20,599 nt of DNA from an uncultured archaeon. GTDB taxonomy: Archaea; Asgardarchaeota; Lokiarchaeia; Sigyniarchaeales; Promethearchaeaceae. Position numbers and translations under genes: made by a program. Shown piece after piece: positions 1-6,727 of this stretch (within the stretch, counting starts at the first letter, position 1; every line of letters starts with the position of its first letter). The notes under the pieces were generated by a model. It saw nothing but the letters and a program-made list of their open reading frames with translations. It was not told the DNA's origin and made no database searches. Location of the stretch: assembly GCA_964513765.1 (NCBI GenBank), contig CAZEPC010000034.1, positions 1-20,599 on the forward strand. Reading direction: 5' to 3'.

Positions 1-620
1 TTCTCTTGGATTTTTCGTGCATAATGGATGAGAATGTCGGGAACCGTAAATACCGGATCGCCTTGGTTTTTTCCTATATCTATATCTATAACAGTCCCGT
101 CTTTTTTTGCAACAACCCCCGATAAATGGAGGGGAATAGTAATCCACGCGTATTTTTTGAGCCCACCGTAGTAATGTGTTTTAAACATAGCCGTGCCCGT
201 GGCACTTTCATCATAAAGTGGTCTGATCTTCAAGTCTAACCGAGGAGTATCTAAATGTGCACCAATTAACCGAATTCCTTCATCCAATGGTTTTTTACCC
301 ATCTTTATGAGTGCAATATTCTTATTTCTATTGACGTAATACACCTTATCTCCAGCTTTAAGAGTTTTTTTTGTCTTCAGGGTCCGTTTTTTAAAACCTT
401 TCTTTTCGGCCAATTTGATAATAAAATTAACCCTTTCTCGTTCTGTTCGTGCATTTGTGAGAAATTCAAGGTATTTTTCTCCAAATTCCCGCGAATTCTT
501 CTTTTTCTTTTCATCCCATTTTCTCCACGCAAAATCGTTTTTTATGAAAAGTTTTTTTCTTAAATTTTTCAAAACATTTTTTTCTTGTGGCTGTTCATCT
601 TTTTCTTGGTTTTTATCCAT
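1..620 (-). CDS. M18-family aminopeptidase (aminopeptidase 1 / aspartyl-aminopeptidase-like), N-terminal ~206 codons; the 3' part runs off the left edge
   Basis: Absent from the ORF track because the window edge truncates it. My translation of the minus strand from ATG 620-618 reads MDKNQEKDEQ...LFIKNDFAWRKWDEKKKKNSREFGEKYLEFLTNARTERERVNFIIKLAEKKGF...IRLIGAHLDTPRLDLKIRPLYDESATGTAMFKTHYYGGLKKYAWITIPLHLSGVVAKKDGTVIDIDIGKNQGDPVFTVPDILIHYARKIQE. The H-x-D-[ST]-P-R-L-D-L-K and HYYGG-x-KKY-x-W blocks are the characteristic N-terminal blocks of M18 'aminopeptidase 1'. There is an in-frame alternative ATG at 632-630 (MCGKMDKN...). Confidence 0.8.
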   Translation of the reverse strand, partial: MDKNQEKDEQPQEKNVLKNLRKKLFIKNDFAWRKWDEKKKKNSREFGEKYLEFLTNARTERERVNFIIKLAEKKGFKKRTLKTKKTLKAGDKVYYVNRNKNIALIKMGKKPLDEGIRLIGAHLDTPRLDLKIRPLYDESATGTAMFKTHYYGGLKKYAWITIPLHLSGVVAKKDGTVIDIDIGKNQGDPVFTVPDILIHYARKIQE

Positions 621-723
621 TTTTCCACACATCCTATAAATTATGCAAAGCAAATTTTTTCAAGTTCAAGATATTGTTTATAGTATTCAAAAAATTTAAA
701 CGAAAAAAAATGTGTGGAAAATG
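618..723. promoter_or_regulatory. Divergent promoter region bounded by an inverted repeat that covers both start codons
   Basis: The plus strand at 618-632 reads CATTTTTCCACACAT, whose reverse complement is ATGTGTGGAAAAATG. The plus strand at 710-723 reads ATGTGTGGAAAATG. Twelve nt (ATGTGTGGAAAA) are identical, with one A of indel. The ~77-nt spacer contains TATA-like tracts (cctataaatta, gtttatagta, aaaatttaaacg). The regulatory function is inferred. Confidence 0.35.
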
Positions 724-2187
724 AGACCAAAACAAATTTCGGAATTTATATACGAAATAAAGCCAGAGATGAAGGTCGTCAAGGTTCATGGACAAATTAC
801 CCATTTTAAAATGAAAGCTCCGACCCATATTTATGCGAATAGAGAATTGATGGCTAAGATTTCACGAGATAGAAGTATTGATCAGATGACAAATGTTGCC
901 TGTTTACCAGGGATTCAAAAACACACCGTTGCTATGAGTGATGCCCACCAAGGGTATGGTTTTTGCATTGGTGGGGTTGCAGCTACAAATATTGATGGTG
1001 GTGCCATTTCTCCGGGAGGTGTCGGCTATGATATCAATTGCGGGGTTCGATTGCTCAAATCTGAATTGCGTTATAAGGATATTGCTCCCAATATACCAGA
1101 TCTCATTGAGGCGATCTTCCATAATATCCCCTCTGGTTTAGGTTCTAAGGGAAAACTGCGAATTTCTCATACGGATCTTGATAGAATTTTGGACGAAGGA
1201 GTGAATTGGGCGATTGATAAGGGCTATGGCTTTGAGAAGGATCGAAAATTTGTAGAAGATAATGGGATCATGGAAGGTGCTGATTCATCTGTGGTATCAA
1301 AAAGGGCAAAATCTCGAGGAATTAAGCAAGTTGGTTCGCTCGGTTCAGGAAATCATTTTTGTGAAATCCAAAAGGTGGAAGAAATATTTGATGAAGAGGC
1401 CGCCAAGGTGTTGGGTATTGAAAAGGGAAACATTACTGTTATGATTCATACTGGTTCAAGGGCCATGGGCCATCAAGTATGTACTGATGCACTCCAAGAA
1501 ATTAATAGGGTGATGAGAAAGAAGGATATGATGGCCCCAGACAGAGAGCTTGCATATGTTGTTAGCGGGACTAAGGAAGCTGACCGATATCTCAAACAAA
1601 TGCGCGCAGCAGCAAATTTTGCTTATACAAATAGGCATATTATTATGCATTGGATCCGTGAAAGCTTCAAAAAGGTCTTGGGTGTCCCAAATGACTCCCT
1701 TGAACTCGTGTATGGTTTGTGCCATAACATCCTTAAGCAAGAAGAACATGATGTGGGCGGGGGTAAGAAAATGATGGTCAATGTACATAGGAAGGGTGCC
1801 ACTCGTGCATTTCCGCCGGGTCATAAAGAGGTTCCCGATAAGTACAAATCTATTGGCCAACCTGCGTTAATCCCGGGAAGTATGGGTACGGCATCTTATT
1901 TGTGTGTAGGTCAACCTAAAGCAATGGACCTCAGTTTTGGAAGCACGGCACATGGTGGTGGTCGGGTCATGAGTCGTTCTAAGGCAAAACGCAAGTTTTG
2001 GGGCGAAGACATCAAAAAACAACTTAATAAAAAGGGTATTGCGGTTCGTGCAGATAATATGAGGGTAGTTGCGGAAGAAGCTCCCTTGGCATACAAGAAT
2101 ATCGATGATGTAATTAATGTAAGTCATTATTTGGGGATTATTAAAAAGGTTGCTAAATTGATTCCGGTAGCAGTTACTAAAGGATAA
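721..2187 (+). CDS. rtcB: RNA-splicing ligase RtcB (3'-phosphate/5'-hydroxyl tRNA/RNA ligase)
   Basis: Full-length collinear match, from memory, to archaeal RtcB. Matching blocks: MSDAHQGYGFCIGGVAA, ISPGGVGYDINCGVRLL, GSLGSGNHFCEIQ, HTGSRAMGHQV, CHNI, HRKGATRAFPPGH, IPGSMGTASY, FGSTAHGGGRVMSRS (guanylylated His motif), VAEEAPLAYKNIDDV. The track ORF begins at a GTG (712); the ATG at 721 (MRPKQISEF...) is the more likely start. No intein insertion. Confidence 0.95.
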   Translation: MRPKQISEFIYEIKPEMKVVKVHGQITHFKMKAPTHIYANRELMAKISRDRSIDQMTNVACLPGIQKHTVAMSDAHQGYGFCIGGVAATNIDGGAISPGGVGYDINCGVRLLKSELRYKDIAPNIPDLIEAIFHNIPSGLGSKGKLRISHTDLDRILDEGVNWAIDKGYGFEKDRKFVEDNGIMEGADSSVVSKRAKSRGIKQVGSLGSGNHFCEIQKVEEIFDEEAAKVLGIEKGNITVMIHTGSRAMGHQVCTDALQEINRVMRKKDMMAPDRELAYVVSGTKEADRYLKQMRAAANFAYTNRHIIMHWIRESFKKVLGVPNDSLELVYGLCHNILKQEEHDVGGGKKMMVNVHRKGATRAFPPGHKEVPDKYKSIGQPALIPGSMGTASYLCVGQPKAMDLSFGSTAHGGGRVMSRSKAKRKFWGEDIKKQLNKKGIAVRADNMRVVAEEAPLAYKNIDDVINVSHYLGIIKKVAKLIPVAVTKG

Positions 2188-2230
2188 GATCAAGTGTTGA
2201 TCTATATTTTAAAAATAGATATTATTTTTT
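2187..2230 (+). terminator. Putative rtcB terminator: 7-bp stem / 3-nt loop hairpin followed by T-rich tracts
   Basis: AGATCAA-GTG-TTGATCT at 2187-2203 overlaps the stop codon. It is followed by ATATTTT and a T6 run at 2225-2230. Archaeal termination typically uses oligo-T. Confidence 0.35.
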
Positions 2231-2249
2231 AGAAAATTTCTAAATTAAC

Positions 2250-2294
2250 TTGGAATTTTTCCAATATTTTATAATTTCATTGGAATTTTTCCAA
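2250..2294. repeat. Two exact copies of a 15-nt palindromic motif TTGGAATTTTTCCAA, spaced 30 bp start-to-start
   Basis: Copy 1 lies at 2250-2264 and copy 2 at 2280-2294, and they are identical. Each is an inverted repeat TTGGAA-N3-TTCCAA. Both sit in the 324-bp rtcB-tfb spacer. This looks like a dimeric DNA-binding-protein operator pair, but the function is not demonstrated. Confidence 0.5.
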
Positions 2295-2437
2295 AACCAA
2301 TTCTACTTTTTTTTTAAGTTTTGAAAATTAGATCTAAAAAAAAGGAAATATTGTACTTTAGATATATTTGTCGGTCTTTTCTTCTGCCCATTTTGTTGGG
2401 AATCCAAAAAGAAAAACATATAAGTATCAAGACCAAA

Positions 2438-2453
2438 TATTATAATATATAAA
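2438..2453 (+). promoter_or_regulatory. Candidate TATA box for tfb
   Basis: ATTATAATATATAAAC lies ~60 nt upstream of ATG 2512. A Shine-Dalgarno-like AGGTAGGT sits at 2491-2498. This is one of several AT-rich candidates. Confidence 0.3.
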
Positions 2454-2511
2454 CTTTTTTATGTAGGACAAAAACCGAAAAAATCCCTCTAGGTAGGTTG
2501 TTTTAATCACA

Positions 2512-3414
2512 ATGAATGTTAGAAAAAGAATGTTAGGTGATGACCAAGATGAGATGTGTTGTGAAAACCCTGTACCCGCCTTTAATTCAGACGGGTTAAG
2601 AGTTTGCAAGAACTGCGGAATGGTCATTGGTAACTCGTATATTTCTACGGAAAAAAGAGCTTACACGCACGAAGAGGTTCAGAGAAGAAGACGAACAGAA
2701 CCTAGGTGGCGAAATTATGGTCCACGAACTATCATTGATAGGAATAGTGCGGATGGCAACGGAAATAGTCTAACAGGTCGAAGAAAAGCGTTTTTCAATC
2801 GTCTGTCCAAAATTCAAGGGTCTTTAGTTAATTCTTTAGAGCGAAACTTTTGGGAAGCCCGACCTAAAATCAATCAGCTTGCCCAAAAATTAAATGTACC
2901 TGATCACATAGTTGAAACTTCATGGAAAATATATACGGAAGTAGCCAAACAAAAGCTTACTATGGGGAGAAGCATTGATGGCTTTGTAACCGCTTCCATT
3001 TATGCAGGTATCAGAATTCATAATTTTCCACGATTACTTGAGGAAATTGCTGATGTGGCAATGATGCCCTTAAGAAGTGTGCATAGATCTCTGGGCTTAA
3101 TTGTTAGAAAGGTATTTCCGAAATTGAACCTGAAATACAGTCCAGTTTCTCCTGGCCCTCTTGTATTTCGATTTGGAAATGATCTGAGTTTATCAGTTCA
3201 AGTGCAAAAATCTGCTTCAAGATTATTGGGTCAAGCGATTCGACATGGTCTAAGAAAGATGGGTAAAGATCCAAAAGGTCTGGCTGCGGCGGCACTGTAT
3301 ATGGCGGCAAAACCAACTGATGAAAGGTTAACCCAGAGAGCAATTGCGAAAGTTGCCAGGATAACCGAAGTTACCCTCAGGACGAGAGCCAAACAGATTC
3401 AAGGTAGAATATAA
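2512..3414 (+). CDS. tfb: Transcription initiation factor TFB (TFIIB family), with a divergent N-terminal zinc ribbon
   Basis: Ribbon remnant CC-x14-CKNCGMVI, followed by a TEKRAY block in the position of the TFB EWRAF motif. Then a B-reader/linker region and two cyclin folds. Fold 1: ERNFWEARPKINQLAQKLNVPDHIVETSWKIYTEV...GRSIDGFVTASIYAGIRIHNFPRLLEEIA. Fold 2: GKDPKGLAAAALYMAAKPTDERLTQRAIAKVARITEVTLRTRAKQI. Confidence 0.9.
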   Translation: MNVRKRMLGDDQDEMCCENPVPAFNSDGLRVCKNCGMVIGNSYISTEKRAYTHEEVQRRRRTEPRWRNYGPRTIIDRNSADGNGNSLTGRRKAFFNRLSKIQGSLVNSLERNFWEARPKINQLAQKLNVPDHIVETSWKIYTEVAKQKLTMGRSIDGFVTASIYAGIRIHNFPRLLEEIADVAMMPLRSVHRSLGLIVRKVFPKLNLKYSPVSPGPLVFRFGNDLSLSVQVQKSASRLLGQAIRHGLRKMGKDPKGLAAAALYMAAKPTDERLTQRAIAKVARITEVTLRTRAKQIQGRI

Positions 3415-3470
3415 GGATAAAAAGATTGAAATCGATAATCAAACAATTTCTGTATTGATTTGTTCCGTTC

Positions 3471-3478
3471 TTTTTTTT
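3471..3478 (+). terminator. Oligo-T (T8) tract downstream of tfb
   Basis: gttccgttcTTTTTTTTaaa lies ~57 nt after the tfb stop. It is preceded by the small inverted repeat AATCAA...TTGATT. Confidence 0.4.
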
Positions 3479-3576
3479 AAACACCTTTTTTACTTCTTTT
3501 CCTTTTAAAAAAAATCGTGTTTTTTCTAAATGCACAAAGGTTTTTTTTCGTACTGTTCTTTCTTAAAATATAAAAA

Positions 3577-4443
3577 ATGGCGTTCATTGTATTTGTGTAT
3601 AGTTTTGATGACGGGAAATGGCTTGAGGCAGAGCAACTATTCCTTCATGATATTGCCCTTTTATTAGATCGAGATAAAAAAGAAGCCTATTTTTGGACGG
3701 GTTCGAGGGCTAAGGAATCAGAAATCGAGGTTGCGTTCCAGAAAGCGAATACCATGATGAATAAATTCAAACTTTATGAATTTGTTGCTCTTGGTGAATC
3801 CACTATTCCTTTAAAGGTTCAGAAGGAGATTGATGTTTTACTTGGAGATAATGCCGATCCTTCAAAGATTAAGGTAGAGAGAACTACCTCTATGCAATTA
3901 TTTTATGTGTTTGGCATTTTGGGAATCTTAAGTTCTTTAGCACTGCTAATAAATAACCTAAGGATGCTATCATGGAGCACCCCCGAATATTATGAAACAT
4001 CCCCAAAATCATTTAATTCACTATTTGAGATATCTTCAATAATTGGCCTGGTTGTATTGGGACTCTTTCTAATTCAATTTATATCATCTATCTTTTCAGG
4101 GAAGATTTTCCTAATGGTTTGTTCCTTAACCAGTTGGGCGATCATGGTTGGTACTTTCTTTTACTTGGCAGAGGGAGAGTTAATTTTTAATTTTGTTCCC
4201 AGCTTTGATGAAAATTTATATTTAATAGAGAGAAGTGCTATGACAAAACATATTTTATGGGTTGTGTTTGCATTCTTAGTAAGCAGTATGGTTAATATTA
4301 TTTCCATAATTATTGTCTTTAAACAATCTGAAATTGTTGAGGATGAAGGAATGGATATCTCTGAGATGGAACGAAAATCTAAACCGTCAATATTGCGGGA
4401 TAGAGAGTCTAAATTACAGAAAATAAGTCCCCCGCCTCAATAA
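3577..4443 (+). CDS. Membrane protein: N-terminal gelsolin/villin-like domain fused to a 4-TM C-terminal domain
   Basis: Residues 1-90 read FIVFVYSFDDGKWLEAEQLFLHDIALLLDRDKKEAYFWTGSRAKESEIEVAFQKANTMMNKFKLYEFVALGESTIPLKVQKEI. This follows the gelsolin-repeat pattern (hydrophobic strand, x-D-x-hydrophobic-LLD, short turn, aromatic-W-x-G-x-x-A/S-x-x-E, helix, then a conserved acidic residue, here GE where gelsolin has EG-x-E). Four hydrophobic helices follow: LFYVFGILGILSSLALLI, IIGLVVLGLFLIQFISSIF, IFLMVCSLTSWAIMVGTFFYL, ILWVVFAFLVSSMVNIISIIIVF. The tail is charged. The CDS itself is solid; the domain call is by-eye inference. Confidence 0.5.
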   Translation: MAFIVFVYSFDDGKWLEAEQLFLHDIALLLDRDKKEAYFWTGSRAKESEIEVAFQKANTMMNKFKLYEFVALGESTIPLKVQKEIDVLLGDNADPSKIKVERTTSMQLFYVFGILGILSSLALLINNLRMLSWSTPEYYETSPKSFNSLFEISSIIGLVVLGLFLIQFISSIFSGKIFLMVCSLTSWAIMVGTFFYLAEGELIFNFVPSFDENLYLIERSAMTKHILWVVFAFLVSSMVNIISIIIVFKQSEIVEDEGMDISEMERKSKPSILRDRESKLQKISPPPQ

Positions 4444-4503
4444 ACTTTCCTATTTTTATCATTTTTTAAAAAACAAATTCTAAATTCACGGGCTAAGATT
4501 TTT

Positions 4504-5544
4504 ATGATAAACTATCAACGATTCTGGTCAAAACATCTGAAAAATAAGGTAAAAATGGCCAATGAAGCAATTAAAACTAAGAACTTCACCCGTATCGAAG
4601 AAATCTTGGAAGATTTAATTACCCTGTTAAAGGACACCAAAAATATTAATTGGAAAGATAGGGTGGCTATTTGTTTTATATTGGAACAAATGGCTGCAGT
4701 GGATCCTTTGATGGATAATATCGTTGATGGTCTCATGGAGGTTCTGGAAAATGAAAAAGACCCCCATGTAAAGGAGTTTGCGGTTTGGGCTTTGGGTGAG
4801 ATTGTCGAGAAAGCTCAATCTTTGGAATTAATTAAACTCACAATGCCAGTCATTATGAAATTCTTAAACGACGATTCGGAACAGGTGAGGTCTTTTGCGA
4901 ATGATTTACATTCAAGGTTTAAAGAAGTTTTAAAAGAAAAACAAGAGATAAACGAAAAAATAAGCAATCAAAGAGATAAATTAATGTCTCTTATTGAAGG
5001 AAGCTTAGATGATGTTGAAGAAAGGAGTAAAAATATTTCTAAAGATGCGCTAAGCTTGGATTATAAAACTGCTCATGAACGACAAGATGAATTCCGGAGA
5101 AGGATCGCTGAATTTAAACAGAAAAATCAAGAGTTAGAAGATGAAATTTTAGAACTTGATGAACAATTGATTGAAGAGGTGGGCCCCTTTAAGGGGGAAA
5201 GTCTTGAGATTATCCGCTATTGGCGTAAAGAAAGGGCAAAGAAAGAGGATTTAATTAGAAGGGTTGAATGTATTTTACGTATTCAATCAAAAATTTGGAA
5301 AATTATTCAATTTATCACCTCTCTATCACCTGATGAAAATTTGAAAATTGATCAAATTAAAGAAATTACCAAAAAAACTGGGAGACCGTACTCTGAAAAA
5401 GAAGTTATTGAGATTCTTCAAAAATTGGTGGATGAAGAAATAGTTCCAACTTTTATGCTTGATCAAATTAAGGATTATCAAATTAAAGCCAAGGAATATG
5501 CCCAAAGCAACGGAGAGGGAAATCGGGAAGAACGAGATCTATGA
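4504..5544 (+). CDS. HEAT-repeat / coiled-coil / C-terminal winged-helix-like protein (function unknown)
   Basis: HEAT-like units: DPHVKEFAVWALGEIVEKA and DDSEQVRSFANDL. A long heptad-rich K/E/Q segment spans aa ~140-220. The C-terminus IDQIKEITKKTGRPYSEKEVIEILQKLVDEEIV looks wHTH-like. An alternative start at 4555 (MANEAIK) is preceded by AAGGT. Confidence 0.6.
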   Translation: MINYQRFWSKHLKNKVKMANEAIKTKNFTRIEEILEDLITLLKDTKNINWKDRVAICFILEQMAAVDPLMDNIVDGLMEVLENEKDPHVKEFAVWALGEIVEKAQSLELIKLTMPVIMKFLNDDSEQVRSFANDLHSRFKEVLKEKQEINEKISNQRDKLMSLIEGSLDDVEERSKNISKDALSLDYKTAHERQDEFRRRIAEFKQKNQELEDEILELDEQLIEEVGPFKGESLEIIRYWRKERAKKEDLIRRVECILRIQSKIWKIIQFITSLSPDENLKIDQIKEITKKTGRPYSEKEVIEILQKLVDEEIVPTFMLDQIKDYQIKAKEYAQSNGEGNREERDL

Positions 5545-6593
5545 TAATCCGAAAAAAACACAAGATATTATTTATTCTCCTATTTATTTTAACCATTTTT
5601 ATTTTTTATATTAATTTTTCATGGGGAAATCCCGTATGGAATTCTTTTTCCCTGGCAATAATGAGTTCCATCCTCATTTTTCTCACTTTTGCATTTTTTT
5701 GGGAGCTAAATGATTTTTGGCAATTTCGATGGCATAGAATGGAAACATCCCAAGTCAATATTAAGAAAATGAAAATTCCGTTGGCAGAAAACTCTTCTCT
5801 ATACGGAGAATATATCACAGAAAAATCTTATAACGAACATCAAAATTCAAATCAAATTGAAAAGGAAAATAGACCGTTGGTTATTTTTATTCATGGATTT
5901 TCAGATAATTCAGTATTGGATCGGTATATTACAATCCCTTTATCCCTCAATGGATTTGAGGTCTTATCTTACGACAATCGGGGCACCAAGCGATCTTCTA
6001 ATGCGGGAAGCAAATCTGATTTCATGAAAATAGTAAAGGATTTGGGAGTTGTGCTTGATTTTGTGCAATCGGATAAAAAAATGAGGGAAAAAGATCTTTA
6101 TCTGGTTGGTCTTAGCCTAGGGGCGATTTCGGCTATATTCCAAGGGTTGAAACATCCGTTCATTAAAAAGATTATTGCCGTTTCTGCAATGGCTCAATAC
6201 AATACCATCTTACCAAAATCTCCTGTTCCTTTTAAAGGAAAATGGTGGTTGTGGTTGCGATATAGGTTATTAGGTGTGCCAACCAATCCCAAAGATAGGA
6301 TTAACCAAATTCTTTCACCATTTTATCAGGTAAAAGAAAAAAGAAAAGAATTTCTTTCAAAAAGACAGAACACAGAAAAGGCTAAAAAAGAATGGAAAGA
6401 ATATATTAACCAGAAACTCTTTTTAATACATTCCAAAAATGATAAAGTTGTTCCTTATCAGCACTTTAAAAGAAATGTTAAGATTACTCAAATTAATAAT
6501 AATAATACTTTCGTGGTTGATGCTGGGGGCCATAATTTTGTAAAGTGTGAACCTAGTTTAATTGCCAAAATTATAAATTTCCTAAATCGATAG
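5541..6593 (+). CDS. Membrane-anchored alpha/beta-fold hydrolase (serine esterase/lipase/peptidase superfamily)
   Basis: Two N-terminal TM helices: ILFILLFILTIFIFYI and LAIMSSILIFLTFAFFW. Oxyanion-region block VIFIHGFSDN, nucleophile elbow G-L-S-L-G (LVGLSLGAISA), acid-residue block IHSKNDKVVP and His block DAGGHNF. The start ATG overlaps the upstream stop (ATGA at 5541-5544). Confidence 0.8.
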   Translation: MIIRKKHKILFILLFILTIFIFYINFSWGNPVWNSFSLAIMSSILIFLTFAFFWELNDFWQFRWHRMETSQVNIKKMKIPLAENSSLYGEYITEKSYNEHQNSNQIEKENRPLVIFIHGFSDNSVLDRYITIPLSLNGFEVLSYDNRGTKRSSNAGSKSDFMKIVKDLGVVLDFVQSDKKMREKDLYLVGLSLGAISAIFQGLKHPFIKKIIAVSAMAQYNTILPKSPVPFKGKWWLWLRYRLLGVPTNPKDRINQILSPFYQVKEKRKEFLSKRQNTEKAKKEWKEYINQKLFLIHSKNDKVVPYQHFKRNVKITQINNNNTFVVDAGGHNFVKCEPSLIAKIINFLNR

Positions 6594-6695
6594 GTCTATC
6601 AATAAATTTGACACCCAGGAACTAAAGGGAATGTAAATTAATTCTGTAATATATAAAATGAAAAACACAAAAAAAAAGAAAATTTAATTTATAAC

Positions 6696-6702
6696 AAAAA
6701 AA
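6696..6702 (-). terminator. Oligo-T (T7 on the minus strand) downstream of the cold-shock gene; a second T9 tract lies at 6669-6677
   Basis: The minus strand reads ...taaaagggtactacgaagttttgtttaaTTTTTTTgttataaattaaattttcTTTTTTTTTgtg, starting at the stop codon. Confidence 0.4.
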
Positions 6703-6727
6703 TTAAACAAAACTTCGTAGTACCCTT

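Noticed and set aside
415-639. 74-aa plus-strand ORF rich in F/S/K
   Set aside because: It lies antisense to the well-supported N-terminus of the M18 aminopeptidase. The poly-F composition is the complement of K/E-rich coding sequence.
1921-1980. RtcB active-site motif reads HGGGR instead of the usual HGAGR; also checked for inteins
   Set aside because: Ala to Gly next to the guanylylated His is conservative. All metal-binding Cys/His/Asp blocks are present, and the protein length (~488 aa) leaves no room for an intein.
904-2193. Minus- and plus-strand ORFs nested within rtcB (904-1122, 938-1141, 1262-1444, 1456-1860, 1550-1774, 1867-2193, 1911-2096)
   Set aside because: All overlap the full-length, motif-complete RtcB frame, and none has recognisable motifs.
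2427-2627. 66-aa minus-strand ORF overlapping the tfb start
   Set aside because: It overlaps the tfb zinc-ribbon coding region and the AT-rich promoter. It has no motif support.
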